DNA of 64,000 nt, from NCBI GenBank assembly GCA_963848295.1, contig CAWKDB010000010.1:1024001-1088000 (forward strand). The letters run 5' to 3'. Shown piece after piece: positions 20,040-29,266 of this stretch. A program made the translations under genes and the position numbers. The notes under the pieces are model-generated. The model did not search any database. It saw only the letters and a list, made by a program, of their open reading frames with translations, and was not told where the DNA came from. Each line of letters starts with the position of its first letter. The first letter of the stretch is position 1. The stretch comes from an uncultured delta proteobacterium (GTDB lineage Bacteria; Myxococcota_A; Polyangia; Haliangiales; Haliangiaceae).

Positions 20040-21655
20040 TCGCGTTCGCCTCGGTCACCAAGCAGTACGGCGCGCAGTTGTTGTTCGTCGACGCGTCGAT
20101 GCAGATCAACGCGGGGGAGAAGGTCGGGCTCGTCGGTCCGAACGGCGCCGGCAAGAGCACGGTGTTCCGCCTGATCGTCGGCGAAGAGCAACCCGACGAC
20201 GGGACGATCGAGCGGCCGAAGAAGCTCGCGATCGGCTACTTCCGCCAAGACGTCGGCGATCTGCGCGGTCGCACGATCCTCGCCGAGACCTGCGCGGGCG
20301 CCGGCGAAGTCGCAGAGCTCGCGGCCGAGCTCGCCGTGCTCGGCACGAAGCTCGAGGCGGCGGGCGATGATCTCGACGAGGTCGTGACCCGATTCGGCGA
20401 CGTCCAAGCGCGCTACCAGGACCTCGGCGGCTACGAGCTGGAAGCGCGCGCGCAGACGATCTTGCACGGCCTCGGCTTCACCGACGATCAGATGGCCAAG
20501 GACGTCGGCACGCTGTCCGGCGGCTGGAAGATGCGCGTCGCGCTCGCGCAGATCCTGCTCGCGAAGCCCGACGTGTTGCTGCTCGACGAGCCGACGAACT
20601 ACCTCGATCTCGAATCGATCCTGTGGCTCGAGGCATTCCTGCGCGACTACGCCGGCACCGTCGTGATGACCTGCCACGATCGCGAGATCATGAATCGCGT
20701 CGCGACGAAGATCGTCGAGATCGACGGCGGCGAGCTGCGCTCTTACACCGGCAACTACGACTTCTACGAGCGCGCGCGCACGATCGAAGCAGAGCGGCGC
20801 GAAGCGGAGTACGCGCGCCAGCAGGCGATGCTCGCGAAGGAGAGCCGGTTCATCGAGCGGTTCAAGACCCACGTCGCGAAGGCGGCGCAGGTCCAGAGCC
20901 GGATGAAGAAGCTCGACAAGATCGAGAAGGTCGAGCCGCCGAAGCGGATCATCGAGAAGACCTACGACATGAAGGTGCCGCCGCGCTCCGGCGATGATGT
21001 CGTCAAGCTCGACAAGATCGCGAAGGCGTACGGCTCGCGCGTCGTCCACAAGGGCCTGACGATGACGGTGCAACGCACCGAGCGCTGGGCGGTGATGGGC
21101 GAGAACGGCGCGGGCAAGTCGACGCTGCTCAAGATCATCGCGGGCGGCCTGCCGCCCGACGCCGGCAGCTCGACGATCGGCGCCTCGGTGACGATGGGTT
21201 ACTACGCTCAGCACGTGATGGACGGGCTCGGCAGCGACCGCACCGTGCTCGAGGAGCTCGAGGCGCACGCGCCGCTCGCGAATCAGGGCACGCTGCGCGG
21301 CCTCGCCGGTGCGTTCGGGTTTCACGACGACGACGTGTTCAAGCCGATCCGCGTGCTATCCGGCGGCGAGCGCGCCCGCGTCGCGCTCGCGAAGCTGATG
21401 CACGACGCGCCGAATCTGCTCGTGCTCGACGAGCCGACGAACCACCTCGACATCGTCACGAAGCGCGCGCTCGTCACGGCGCTGGCCGACTACACCGGCA
21501 CGCTGATCTTCGTGTCGCACGATCGCCAGTTCCTGCGCGCGCTCGCGACCCGCGTGCTCGAGCTGACGTCGGCGGGACCGCGCGTCTACGGCGGCAGCTA
21601 CGAGGAGTACGTCGCGTCGACTGGCCGCGAAGCGCCCGGCATGCGCGAGGCGTGA
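20036..21655 (+). CDS. ABC-F family ATP-binding cassette protein
   Basis: Two NBDs (GPNGAGKS/LSGG/DEPTN and GENGAGKS/LSGGE/DEPTN); no TM segments. Confidence 0.93.
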   Translation: MIAFASVTKQYGAQLLFVDASMQINAGEKVGLVGPNGAGKSTVFRLIVGEEQPDDGTIERPKKLAIGYFRQDVGDLRGRTILAETCAGAGEVAELAAELAVLGTKLEAAGDDLDEVVTRFGDVQARYQDLGGYELEARAQTILHGLGFTDDQMAKDVGTLSGGWKMRVALAQILLAKPDVLLLDEPTNYLDLESILWLEAFLRDYAGTVVMTCHDREIMNRVATKIVEIDGGELRSYTGNYDFYERARTIEAERREAEYARQQAMLAKESRFIERFKTHVAKAAQVQSRMKKLDKIEKVEPPKRIIEKTYDMKVPPRSGDDVVKLDKIAKAYGSRVVHKGLTMTVQRTERWAVMGENGAGKSTLLKIIAGGLPPDAGSSTIGASVTMGYYAQHVMDGLGSDRTVLEELEAHAPLANQGTLRGLAGAFGFHDDDVFKPIRVLSGGERARVALAKLMHDAPNLLVLDEPTNHLDIVTKRALVTALADYTGTLIFVSHDRQFLRALATRVLELTSAGPRVYGGSYEEYVASTGREAPGMREA

Positions 21656-21716
21656 GTCACAGCGCGTAACACCGTTGTTCGTACGACGAGCACGCGAACG
21701 CGAGATGCTGCGCCCG

Positions 21717-22679
21717 ATGCGAACGGCAGCGATCCTCGTTCTGGTCGGTGCAGCGTGCCAGTCCAAGCACGCGGTGCACGAGCCCAGCCCGAACCGGCGC
21801 GCCGCGGACGACGCGCTGCTCTATCGGCTCGATCACGTGCTCACCACGTATCGCGTGCCGATGTGCCACGAGCTCGACCTCGCGCTCCCGAACCTGGCAC
21901 CGCCGCCACCTCGATCGATCGAAGCGATGACCGCAGCATGCGACGGCGGTGATGCGGCAAGCTGTTATGCGCTCGGCCGACTGTGGGAGCCACACGATCA
22001 CAGCGACATCGAGCACCAGGTGATCTTCGGCGCGAGACCGGACCTCGAACACTTCTTCGGCCGCGCTTGCGACCTCGGTTCCGACGCTGGCTGTCGCGCC
22101 CTCGACAGCGTGTTCGATCGCGAGGACAAGCCTCGAGCGCGACTCGCACTGACGTTCGCGCTGTTCTACGCAGGCCGGACCGAGATGTCCGCCGGGCTGT
22201 GGCTCGGGTTGCCTCCGGCCGAGCGCGCGGTGTTCGCCCCATCGCTCGCGGCGCTCCGCACGAAGCTCGAGGCCGACTGCGCCTCCGGCAACGCGACGGC
22301 GTGCGAGGCTCGCGCCGGGTTCGAGCCCGGCCCCGATGCGTCGTGGCAACCCGGCCCGTGGGATCCGAAGAAGCGGCCTTGGTTCATCAAGGGTTGCCTC
22401 GCGGGGTCGCTCTACGCGTGCGAGTGGGCGCTCGCAGGGCTCGATCCGACCGCGGTCGACCGCACCGAAGCGATCGTCGATCGCGTGTGTCATGGCCCGA
22501 CGTGCGATGGCCTGGTCGCCGCGCTCCGCGACAGCTGTCGAGCCGGCGTGTGGTCGTCATGCTACCTCGCTGCCGACGCGTGCAAGCAGGGCGGAACCGT
22601 GCCCGGACCGTCGCCGGCGCCGGCGCGGCCCGACGTCATCTTCATTCCGGCCGATCCGCCCGCGCGCTCGATCGACTGA
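21717..22679 (+). CDS. Cys-rich hypothetical lipoprotein with Sel1/HCP-like repeats
   Basis: Lipobox GAAC; repeated AC.xG....C motifs (ACDGGDAASC, ACDLGSDAGC). Confidence 0.6.
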   Translation: MRTAAILVLVGAACQSKHAVHEPSPNRRAADDALLYRLDHVLTTYRVPMCHELDLALPNLAPPPPRSIEAMTAACDGGDAASCYALGRLWEPHDHSDIEHQVIFGARPDLEHFFGRACDLGSDAGCRALDSVFDREDKPRARLALTFALFYAGRTEMSAGLWLGLPPAERAVFAPSLAALRTKLEADCASGNATACEARAGFEPGPDASWQPGPWDPKKRPWFIKGCLAGSLYACEWALAGLDPTAVDRTEAIVDRVCHGPTCDGLVAALRDSCRAGVWSSCYLAADACKQGGTVPGPSPAPARPDVIFIPADPPARSID

Positions 22680-22735
22680 GGCAGCGCCGGAACTATTCCG
22701 CGGCCGATCGCGCGGTAGTAAGGCACACTCGGCGC

Positions 22736-23239
22736 GTGTCGGCCAAGAAGCTCGCGATCGTCCTCGCACTCGCCGCGGTCGCTGCAGGCGTCTACTTCTG
22801 GGAAGACGCGAAGGCGCGCAAGACCGAGGACATGCTCGCCGCGCGCGAGCTCGCTGGCCGCGACATGAAGGCATTCAACGAGCACGAGAGCGACGCCGTA
22901 TTCGCGCCGAGGCTGAACGCTGCGGCGGCGCGCGTAGATCTGCTGTCGCCGGTCCGCGCCGGCGCCTCGTTGACCCGCGAGGTGCTGCCGGTCATCGACG
23001 AGTACCTCGAGCGTCTGCACCGGGCGCTCGCCTCGTCCGACGCGTACGTCGCGCTCGACTCCGAGGCCGGCGCGGCGGTTGCTAAGAGCCTGGCCAAGCT
23101 GCACACGCGGGAGATCACGATGCGAAAGCTCCGGGCCCAGCTCGCAGATCTCGCGCAACGAGCCTCCGCCGGCAAGGTCGACAGCGATGCGCTGTGGAGC
23201 GAGATGACCGCGATCGCGCTCCAGATCGGCCAGACCTGA
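22736..23239 (+). CDS. Hypothetical membrane-anchored helical protein
   Basis: GTG start; N-terminal TM helix KKLAIVLALAAVAAGVYFW; high-GC3 frame. Confidence 0.55.
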   Translation: MSAKKLAIVLALAAVAAGVYFWEDAKARKTEDMLAARELAGRDMKAFNEHESDAVFAPRLNAAAARVDLLSPVRAGASLTREVLPVIDEYLERLHRALASSDAYVALDSEAGAAVAKSLAKLHTREITMRKLRAQLADLAQRASAGKVDSDALWSEMTAIALQIGQT

Positions 23240-23240
23240 T

Positions 23241-24302
23241 TCACGAATCCGAGTCGGTGACCGGCTTGGCCTTCTTCTTTTTCTTCCGCGAGTGCCTGGC
23301 GGTCTTCACCGGCGGCGCGTCGTCTTGCTTCGCCCCCGGCAGCGCGGGCGCCGCGATCTTCTTGAACGCCGCGCCGGCGCCGGGTTGGTCGATCGCGAGC
23401 GCCTCTTGCAGCGCGATCATCTTCCACTCGCCGTTCGAACGCTCGTAGATCGCGAACGCACGCAGCGGCAGCGGGTCGTCTTCTTCGGTGAACTTCACGA
23501 CCGGCGCCGACACCCACGCGAGCTGGCCGTCGCCGGTCGCCGCTGCGGTGACCTCTCCGGCCGCGACCTCGCGGGTCCCGGCCTTGACCCGCTTCTTCCA
23601 CATCTTCCGGATCGCCGATTTTCCGCGCGTCACGTCGCCGATCGCCGGTCCGATGACGACCGCATCGCTGCGCCTCGCCAGCTCGGCTCCCCACATCGCC
23701 TGATCGGCGAGACCCTTCTGGAACTTCTCGACCGCACCGCTCGCGGCATCGGCGACCATCGGCGTGCCGGTCATGCCGGGGGGCACGACCGAGTCGGACT
23801 TCAGTCCATGACGGACCGCTTTCATCGCCGGCGTCTTGGCGATCGCGGCCGCGCTCACGACCCACATGTCATCGCTGTTCGACAGCACCGCGGTCACCGC
23901 GAGCGGTTGGCCGCTGACATCGACGACATCGAAGGCCCACGCGGAGTGTCCGCCGGGCGACGGCGTGACGTCGAGTTGGCTCGACTCGAGCGGCGTCTTG
24001 TTCTTCGCGTCGATCACCTTGCGCAGCGACACCAGCGCATCCGATCGGTTCGACGTGGCATCGCCGCGGCGCGGCCCGAACACGACGAGTGGCTCGGCGA
24101 GCATGGTCATCACACCATCGGTGTCGCCCTTGCCGAGCGATTGGTAGATCTCGGTGATCATTCCCTTCGCGTCGTTCTCGGCGGTGTTCGCGTCGACCTT
24201 TCCGCCCTTGGGGGCTGGCGCCGCCGCCATCTTGACGGTGGTGTCGGTGTGGCCGAATCCGCAGCCGACGAACGCGAGCATCGCGATCAACCCGTTGCGC
24301 AT
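23241..24302 (-). CDS. Lipoprotein with tandem NTF2/SnoaL-like domains
   Basis: GAGGGG RBS; lipobox FVGC; two domains ending W.VS/WKMIA; Lys-rich tail. Confidence 0.7.
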   Translation of the reverse strand: MRNGLIAMLAFVGCGFGHTDTTVKMAAAPAPKGGKVDANTAENDAKGMITEIYQSLGKGDTDGVMTMLAEPLVVFGPRRGDATSNRSDALVSLRKVIDAKNKTPLESSQLDVTPSPGGHSAWAFDVVDVSGQPLAVTAVLSNSDDMWVVSAAAIAKTPAMKAVRHGLKSDSVVPPGMTGTPMVADAASGAVEKFQKGLADQAMWGAELARRSDAVVIGPAIGDVTRGKSAIRKMWKKRVKAGTREVAAGEVTAAATGDGQLAWVSAPVVKFTEEDDPLPLRAFAIYERSNGEWKMIALQEALAIDQPGAGAAFKKIAAPALPGAKQDDAPPVKTARHSRKKKKKAKPVTDSDS

Positions 24303-24388
24303 GTCCCCTCGTAGTGCACCGTGCGGGCCAGCTCCGGCCCGCGCAAGTACGCGTTCCAAGGTGCCCCGAATGGGGGAGAAGCTCCCAC

Positions 24389-24490
24389 CCTGGGGACGCT
24401 GTCTCTATTGTCTCCTCGAGCTCTTCGACCCACCGAGGATCACCGCGGAATCTAAGCAACTTCCTGGGGACGCTGTCTCTACTGTCACCT
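24389..24490. repeat. Pair of 28-bp direct repeats (26/28 identical) separated by 46 bp
   Basis: cctggggacgctgtctctattgtctcct at 24389-24416 and cctggggacgctgtctctactgtcacct at 24463-24490. Confidence 0.85.
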
Positions 24491-24527
24491 TGCACGTGCC
24501 GGCAGAAGTCCGCGCGACCCGGTCGGG

Positions 24528-25304
24528 CTAGCGGCCCAAATAACGCGGGGGACGGCCCTCGGCGAATGCCGCCAAGCCCTCGTCTCGATCAGCGCTCATC
24601 AGCGTGACGTCGTAGCACTCGCGCTCGATCGCGAGCCCGTCCTCGAGCGCGCGACCATGGCCGCGCTCGATCGCGGACTTCGCCGATGCAACCGACAGCG
24701 GTGCGCACGTCTCGAGCTCGGCGCAGATCGCGTCGACCGCCGCCCGCAGGGCTTCGCGCGCCACGATCTGATGGACGAGCCCGATCTCGAGCGCACGAGC
24801 GACCGGGATCTTGCGACCGAGCAAGATCATCTCCTTCGCGCGCGCCTCGCCGATCAGTCGCGGCAAGCGTTGCGTGCCACCCGCGCCCGGCATGATCCCG
24901 AGCTTGACCTCGGTGAGGCCGAGCTCGATGCCCGCGACCGCGATCCGGAGATCGCACGCGAGCGCGAGCTCGAGCCCGCCGCCGTACGCCGAGCCGTTGA
25001 GCGCGCAGATCGTCGGCTTGCGCAGCTCGCCGATCCGGTTGATCGCGCCTCCGATCGCGTCGATGAACGAGCCGGACTCGATCGCGGGCACGCCGCGGCG
25101 CTCCTTGAGATCCGCGCCCGCGCAGAACGCCTTGTCACCCGCGCCCGTGACCACGACGGCGTGCACGTCCGCGCGAGTCGCGAGCGACGCCGCGAGTTGT
25201 TGCAGCTCCAGGTTCACCGCGCGCGACAGCGCGTTGCGAACATCGGGACGGTTGAGCGTGATCCACAGCGCCGCACCGCGCTGCTCGACGAGGATGTCGG
25301 CCAT
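24528..25304 (-). CDS. Enoyl-CoA hydratase/isomerase (methylglutaconyl-CoA hydratase-like)
   Basis: AFCAGADLKER, GGGLELALACD, EVKLGIMPGAGGTQRLPR; adjacent to HMG-CoA lyase. Confidence 0.9.
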   Translation of the reverse strand: MADILVEQRGAALWITLNRPDVRNALSRAVNLELQQLAASLATRADVHAVVVTGAGDKAFCAGADLKERRGVPAIESGSFIDAIGGAINRIGELRKPTICALNGSAYGGGLELALACDLRIAVAGIELGLTEVKLGIMPGAGGTQRLPRLIGEARAKEMILLGRKIPVARALEIGLVHQIVAREALRAAVDAICAELETCAPLSVASAKSAIERGHGRALEDGLAIERECYDVTLMSADRDEGLAAFAEGRPPRYLGR

Positions 25305-25313
25305 CCGCCGAAG

Positions 25314-26252
25314 CTACACCGAACCGAGCTCGGCTCGCCGCCGCGCACGCGCTAGCTTGCCGAGGTGCGCCTTCAGGTACTTCGACGGCAGCTCGTGGCC
25401 GACGAACGTCGACGCCGTGCGCGATGCGTCGACCAGCTTGTCGAGATCGATGCCGGTCTTAACGCCCATCCCGTGCAGCATCGCGACGACGTCCTCGGTC
25501 GCGAGGTTGCCCGCCGCACCCGGTGCGTACGGACATCCGCCGAGCCCGCCGGCCGCGGCATCGATCGTCGTGATCCCGAGCTGCATCGCCTCGACGCAGT
25601 TCGCGAGCGCGGTGCCCTGCGTGTCGTGGAAGTGAACCGCGAGCGCGCTCGCCGGATGTTGCGCGAGGATGCGGGTCAGCACGTCCTCGACCTGGCGCGG
25701 GTTCGCGACGCCGATCGTGTCGCTGATCGAGGCCTGATAGACGCCCATGTCGCGCAGCCGGCCGGTGAGCTCGACCACCTTCACCGGATCGACCTCGCCT
25801 TCGTACGGGCAGCCGAACGCGGTCGAGACGTACGCGCGCACCTGCAGCCCGGCGGCGAGCGCGGGCGGAATGACCTCGCGAAATGCCTCGATCGTCTCGT
25901 CGACCGTCTTGTTCACGTTCTTCTTGTTGTGCGTCTCCGACACCGAGATGAACACCGCGATCTCTTTCATCCCGGCGGCGAGCGCGGTGTCGAGCCCGCG
26001 GCGATTCGGGACGAGCGCGCTCATCTTGACGCCGGGCGGGCGCTGCACGCCGCGTGCGACCTCGACGTTATCGGCGAGCTGCGGGATCCACTTCGGCGAC
26101 ACGAAGCTCGTGATCTCGATCGCGCGGATCCCCGACGCGACGAGCGCATCGATGAACCGGATCTTCTCGGCGGTCGGCACGCTGCGCGCTTCGTTCTGCA
26201 AGCCGTCGCGCGGGCCGACCTCGTAGATCGTGACTTCGGACGGGAGCTTCAT
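25314..26252 (-). CDS. Hydroxymethylglutaryl-CoA lyase
   Basis: EVGPRDGLQNE, SFVSPKWIPQ, HFHDT, GGLGGCPYAPGA.GN.ATED. Confidence 0.95.
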   Translation of the reverse strand: MKLPSEVTIYEVGPRDGLQNEARSVPTAEKIRFIDALVASGIRAIEITSFVSPKWIPQLADNVEVARGVQRPPGVKMSALVPNRRGLDTALAAGMKEIAVFISVSETHNKKNVNKTVDETIEAFREVIPPALAAGLQVRAYVSTAFGCPYEGEVDPVKVVELTGRLRDMGVYQASISDTIGVANPRQVEDVLTRILAQHPASALAVHFHDTQGTALANCVEAMQLGITTIDAAAGGLGGCPYAPGAAGNLATEDVVAMLHGMGVKTGIDLDKLVDASRTASTFVGHELPSKYLKAHLGKLARARRRAELGSV

Positions 26253-26923
26253 CTCGCCCCCGAACCATAATCCCGAGACAGCTGCTCGACCAGCGCGGGG
26301 GTCAGCTCGGCGAGCGTGTCGATCACCTGGTGCGCCGCGCTCTGGTCCCAGCCGCCGAAGTTGCCCGCGCGCACCGCGACGACGATGCACCCCGCCGCCT
26401 TGCCGGCCTCGATCCCCGCGCGTGAATCCTCGATCACTAGCGCTTCGTGCGGGTGAAGGCCGAGCGCTGCCAGAGCGGCCAGGTAGCCGTCCGGGGCGGG
26501 CTTGGAACGCGCCACATCCTCGGCCGCGAACACCGCGTCCCACGTGAACATCGGGCCGAAGTGGCGCCCGATCTGGGCGACCTCGCCGCGCGAGCTCCCG
26601 GTGACCAGCGCCCGCTTATAGCTGCGGGTCCACTCGAGGGTCTCTCGCGCTTGCGGCAACACCGTCACGCCGCGCTCGGCGAACACCTCGTCGCGCATCG
26701 CCTCGGTGTGGGCGATCGTCTCGGCGCGGGTCCAGGTCAGGTGCGGATAGCGCGCCTTCAAGTTGTCGTAGATCGCGACCCACGACCGCCCGACGATGAA
26801 GTCGCGGTCCGACTGTTCGACCACGACGCCGTGCCGGTGGAGCGCGCGGGCCATCGCCTCGGCGGTCTCTCGCTCGGAATCGACGAGCGTGCCGTCGAGG
26901 TCGAACAAAAAGCCCCTGATCAC
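26249..26923 (-). CDS. HAD-family phosphatase
   Basis: FDLDGTLVDSE, KPAPD, IEDS..G. Confidence 0.92.
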   Translation of the reverse strand: MIRGFLFDLDGTLVDSERETAEAMARALHRHGVVVEQSDRDFIVGRSWVAIYDNLKARYPHLTWTRAETIAHTEAMRDEVFAERGVTVLPQARETLEWTRSYKRALVTGSSRGEVAQIGRHFGPMFTWDAVFAAEDVARSKPAPDGYLAALAALGLHPHEALVIEDSRAGIEAGKAAGCIVVAVRAGNFGGWDQSAAHQVIDTLAELTPALVEQLSRDYGSGAR

Positions 26924-26977
26924 GTTGTCAGAACTTGTAACACGCTGGCTACGCGAGCTGTGTTACGCCTCGGCGGG

Positions 26978-27898
26978 ATGAGACTTAGTCATCTCCTGAT
27001 CCCGGTCGCAATCCTTGGCGCGTGCTCGAAGAGCCCGGATGGCGGAGCCGATGCCGGGTTCCCGCAGTTGAGTCCGCCACCGCCGGCCGGCGGTCAGCAG
27101 CTTGCCTCGGACCCGTTCACGCTGCAGCCCGGGCAAGAGATCTACATGTGTTACCAGTTCTATTCGCCGGCGAGCGGGCCGGTCGCGATCACCCAGGTCG
27201 ACGGCATCGAGATGCCGGGCATTCACCACCTCGTGGTCTATCAAGCGTTCGGGCTCGACGAAGACCCAGCGCCTCACGAGTGCGCGTCGCTCATCAAGGA
27301 GACCTGGCTGCCGATCTTCGGGACGGGCACCGAAGCGCAATCGCTGACCTTGCCATCCGGCGTCGGCTTCGTGATCCAGCCGAGCACGCAGTACATCCTC
27401 CAGCTCCACATGCTGAACGCGACCGATAGCCCGATCACCGTGCGAGGTGGCGTCAACTTCACGTACGAGACCGACGTCACCGGGCTGCAGCAAGCCGGCA
27501 TCTTCGCGCTCGGCGATATGACCCTCGACATCCCGCCGAACTCCACCGACTACCAGGACAAGGTCGACAACTGCAAACCCGGTTACGATCAGATGAACGT
27601 GTTTGCGGTGTTCCCGCACATGCACTTCCTCGGCACCGAGCTCGACGTCACGCACTCGGTCACGACCGAAGCACCGACCAACTACTTCACGGTGTCGCCG
27701 TGGGTGTTCGGCGCCCAGCCGCTCACCGAGATGACCAACACGTTCGGGCCCACCGACACGCTCAACCTGACGTGTCATTACAACAACCCGAACACGACCG
27801 ACGTCGTCTACGGGGAGAGCTCCACGAACGAGATGTGCTACTTCATCTTGTTCTACTATCCGTTCCAAGGCTTGAACGGCTGCGTCACGGGCACATGA
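26978..27898 (+). CDS. PHM/DBH-like type II copper monooxygenase-domain lipoprotein
   Basis: Lipobox LGAC; IHH, QLHM, PHMH and NEMC copper-ligand motifs. Confidence 0.8.
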   Translation: MRLSHLLIPVAILGACSKSPDGGADAGFPQLSPPPPAGGQQLASDPFTLQPGQEIYMCYQFYSPASGPVAITQVDGIEMPGIHHLVVYQAFGLDEDPAPHECASLIKETWLPIFGTGTEAQSLTLPSGVGFVIQPSTQYILQLHMLNATDSPITVRGGVNFTYETDVTGLQQAGIFALGDMTLDIPPNSTDYQDKVDNCKPGYDQMNVFAVFPHMHFLGTELDVTHSVTTEAPTNYFTVSPWVFGAQPLTEMTNTFGPTDTLNLTCHYNNPNTTDVVYGESSTNEMCYFILFYYPFQGLNGCVTGT

Positions 27899-28263
27899 GT
27901 CGGTGGGTTGTTCTGGCGCTCGCCTTGGTGGCGTCCGCATGCAGCAAGTCGCCTTCGGGACCGGATGCCCTGACTTGCTCCGGGCCGCATGCCGCCGGCA
28001 GTGCGTGCGGCGATCCGTGCGAGATCGGCAACGAGAAGGGCGTCGGCGCCTACTGCACGTCCACGGGCGGCGAATGCGGCAACAACACCGCGCCGTTCAT
28101 CTACTGCACGATCCTGTTCGATGCGACCGCCGATCCGTATTGCACGGGTCCGTGTACCAAGGACAGCGACTGCGGGACCGACGCTTATTGCAGTGGCGGT
28201 AGCACTGGCGCGATGGGCTGCGTGCCGGCCGCGTGCGGAGGCACGCCGACCGCGCGTGATTAG
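27895..28263 (+). CDS. Small Cys-rich lipoprotein
   Basis: ATG overlaps the upstream stop; lipobox ASAC; about 12 further Cys. Confidence 0.7.
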   Translation: MSRWVVLALALVASACSKSPSGPDALTCSGPHAAGSACGDPCEIGNEKGVGAYCTSTGGECGNNTAPFIYCTILFDATADPYCTGPCTKDSDCGTDAYCSGGSTGAMGCVPAACGGTPTARD

Positions 28264-28287
28264 AACGGATCTAACCTTTTGGGTGCC

Positions 28288-29220
28288 ATGACGAAATTCC
28301 TCTACCTCGCATTCATCGCCGGCTGTACGTCGAGCCCGTCGCCTTCGTTCGTCGCGGGCTTTTCTCCGCCGGACGCGGCCCCTGGATATCAACGGCTGGT
28401 CGCGCCAGCGGTCATGGATGTCCAACCCGGCGACAACCTGAACTTGTGCCAATGGCTCGGCACCCCGACCACCGCCGATGCGCAGGTGGTCGACATGATG
28501 GGCTACCAGTCGAAGGGCGGACACCACTTCACGTTGTATGCGACGACGCTGCACGAGCCCGTCGGCACCAGCCGGATCTGCACGCAGGCCGACATGCTCA
28601 GCGTGAGCTTTCTCGGCGCGATCGGCGGCGAGGGAAATGGGTCCAATGTGGTCAAGCTGCCCGACAACCTCGCCTTCGAGCTGCCGGCCGGCATGTCGCT
28701 GATGGCGAACGCTCACTACATCAACGCCACCGACAGCGTCTTCGACGCGCAATCCGTCGTGGACATCAAGTACGGCGACCCCGCGCACCCGGAGCAGGCG
28801 GTTGGCTACGTCGCGGTCAACTGGGATGGCTTCTCGATCCCGCCGAACAGTACGTACACGACCGATGCTTATTGCCAGGCGACGCAGGACCTCAGCTTCT
28901 TCATGTGGGGCGACCACATGCACGAGTACGGCACCAGCGAGACGTCGGAGTTGATCCGCGCAGACGGCACGCACGTGCCGATGGCGATGGACATGGGGTG
29001 GACGAGCGAGCAGACGTTCAACACGCCATGGGTGCAGTGGGATCCGACCACACCGTTCGCGGTCAGCTCCGGCGACACGTTCCACCTGAGCTGCTCGTGG
29101 ACGAACACGACCGACCAGGCGGTCACGTTCCCGACGGAGATGTGCGTCGGCAGCGGGTTCGTGCTGCAGGCGATGCCGCAATCGGTCTGCGGCGCCACCG
29201 CCTCGCCGACCGGTACGTAA
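28288..29220 (+). CDS. Second PHM/DBH-like copper monooxygenase-domain lipoprotein
   Basis: Lipobox IAGC; GHH, NAHY, DHMH and TEMC motifs. Confidence 0.8.
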   Translation: MTKFLYLAFIAGCTSSPSPSFVAGFSPPDAAPGYQRLVAPAVMDVQPGDNLNLCQWLGTPTTADAQVVDMMGYQSKGGHHFTLYATTLHEPVGTSRICTQADMLSVSFLGAIGGEGNGSNVVKLPDNLAFELPAGMSLMANAHYINATDSVFDAQSVVDIKYGDPAHPEQAVGYVAVNWDGFSIPPNSTYTTDAYCQATQDLSFFMWGDHMHEYGTSETSELIRADGTHVPMAMDMGWTSEQTFNTPWVQWDPTTPFAVSSGDTFHLSCSWTNTTDQAVTFPTEMCVGSGFVLQAMPQSVCGATASPTGT

Positions 29221-29266
29221 CCGCCCGCGCAACGCGGTGCACCGTCCCCGTGTCATGCTCGCCGTG

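Noticed and set aside
24342..24359. Sigma54-like promoter for the NTF2 lipoprotein gene (TGGAACGCGTACTTGC)
   Set aside because: Spacing is GG-N11-GC rather than the required N10.
24359..24385. tRNA 3'-end-like sequence on the minus strand (tcccccattcggggcacc) as an att site
   Set aside because: No GTTC T-loop, no CCA and no integrase nearby; the similarity is too weak.
24389..24490. Formal CRISPR array call
   Set aside because: Only two imperfect repeats, no leader and no cas genes; kept as a repeat finding.
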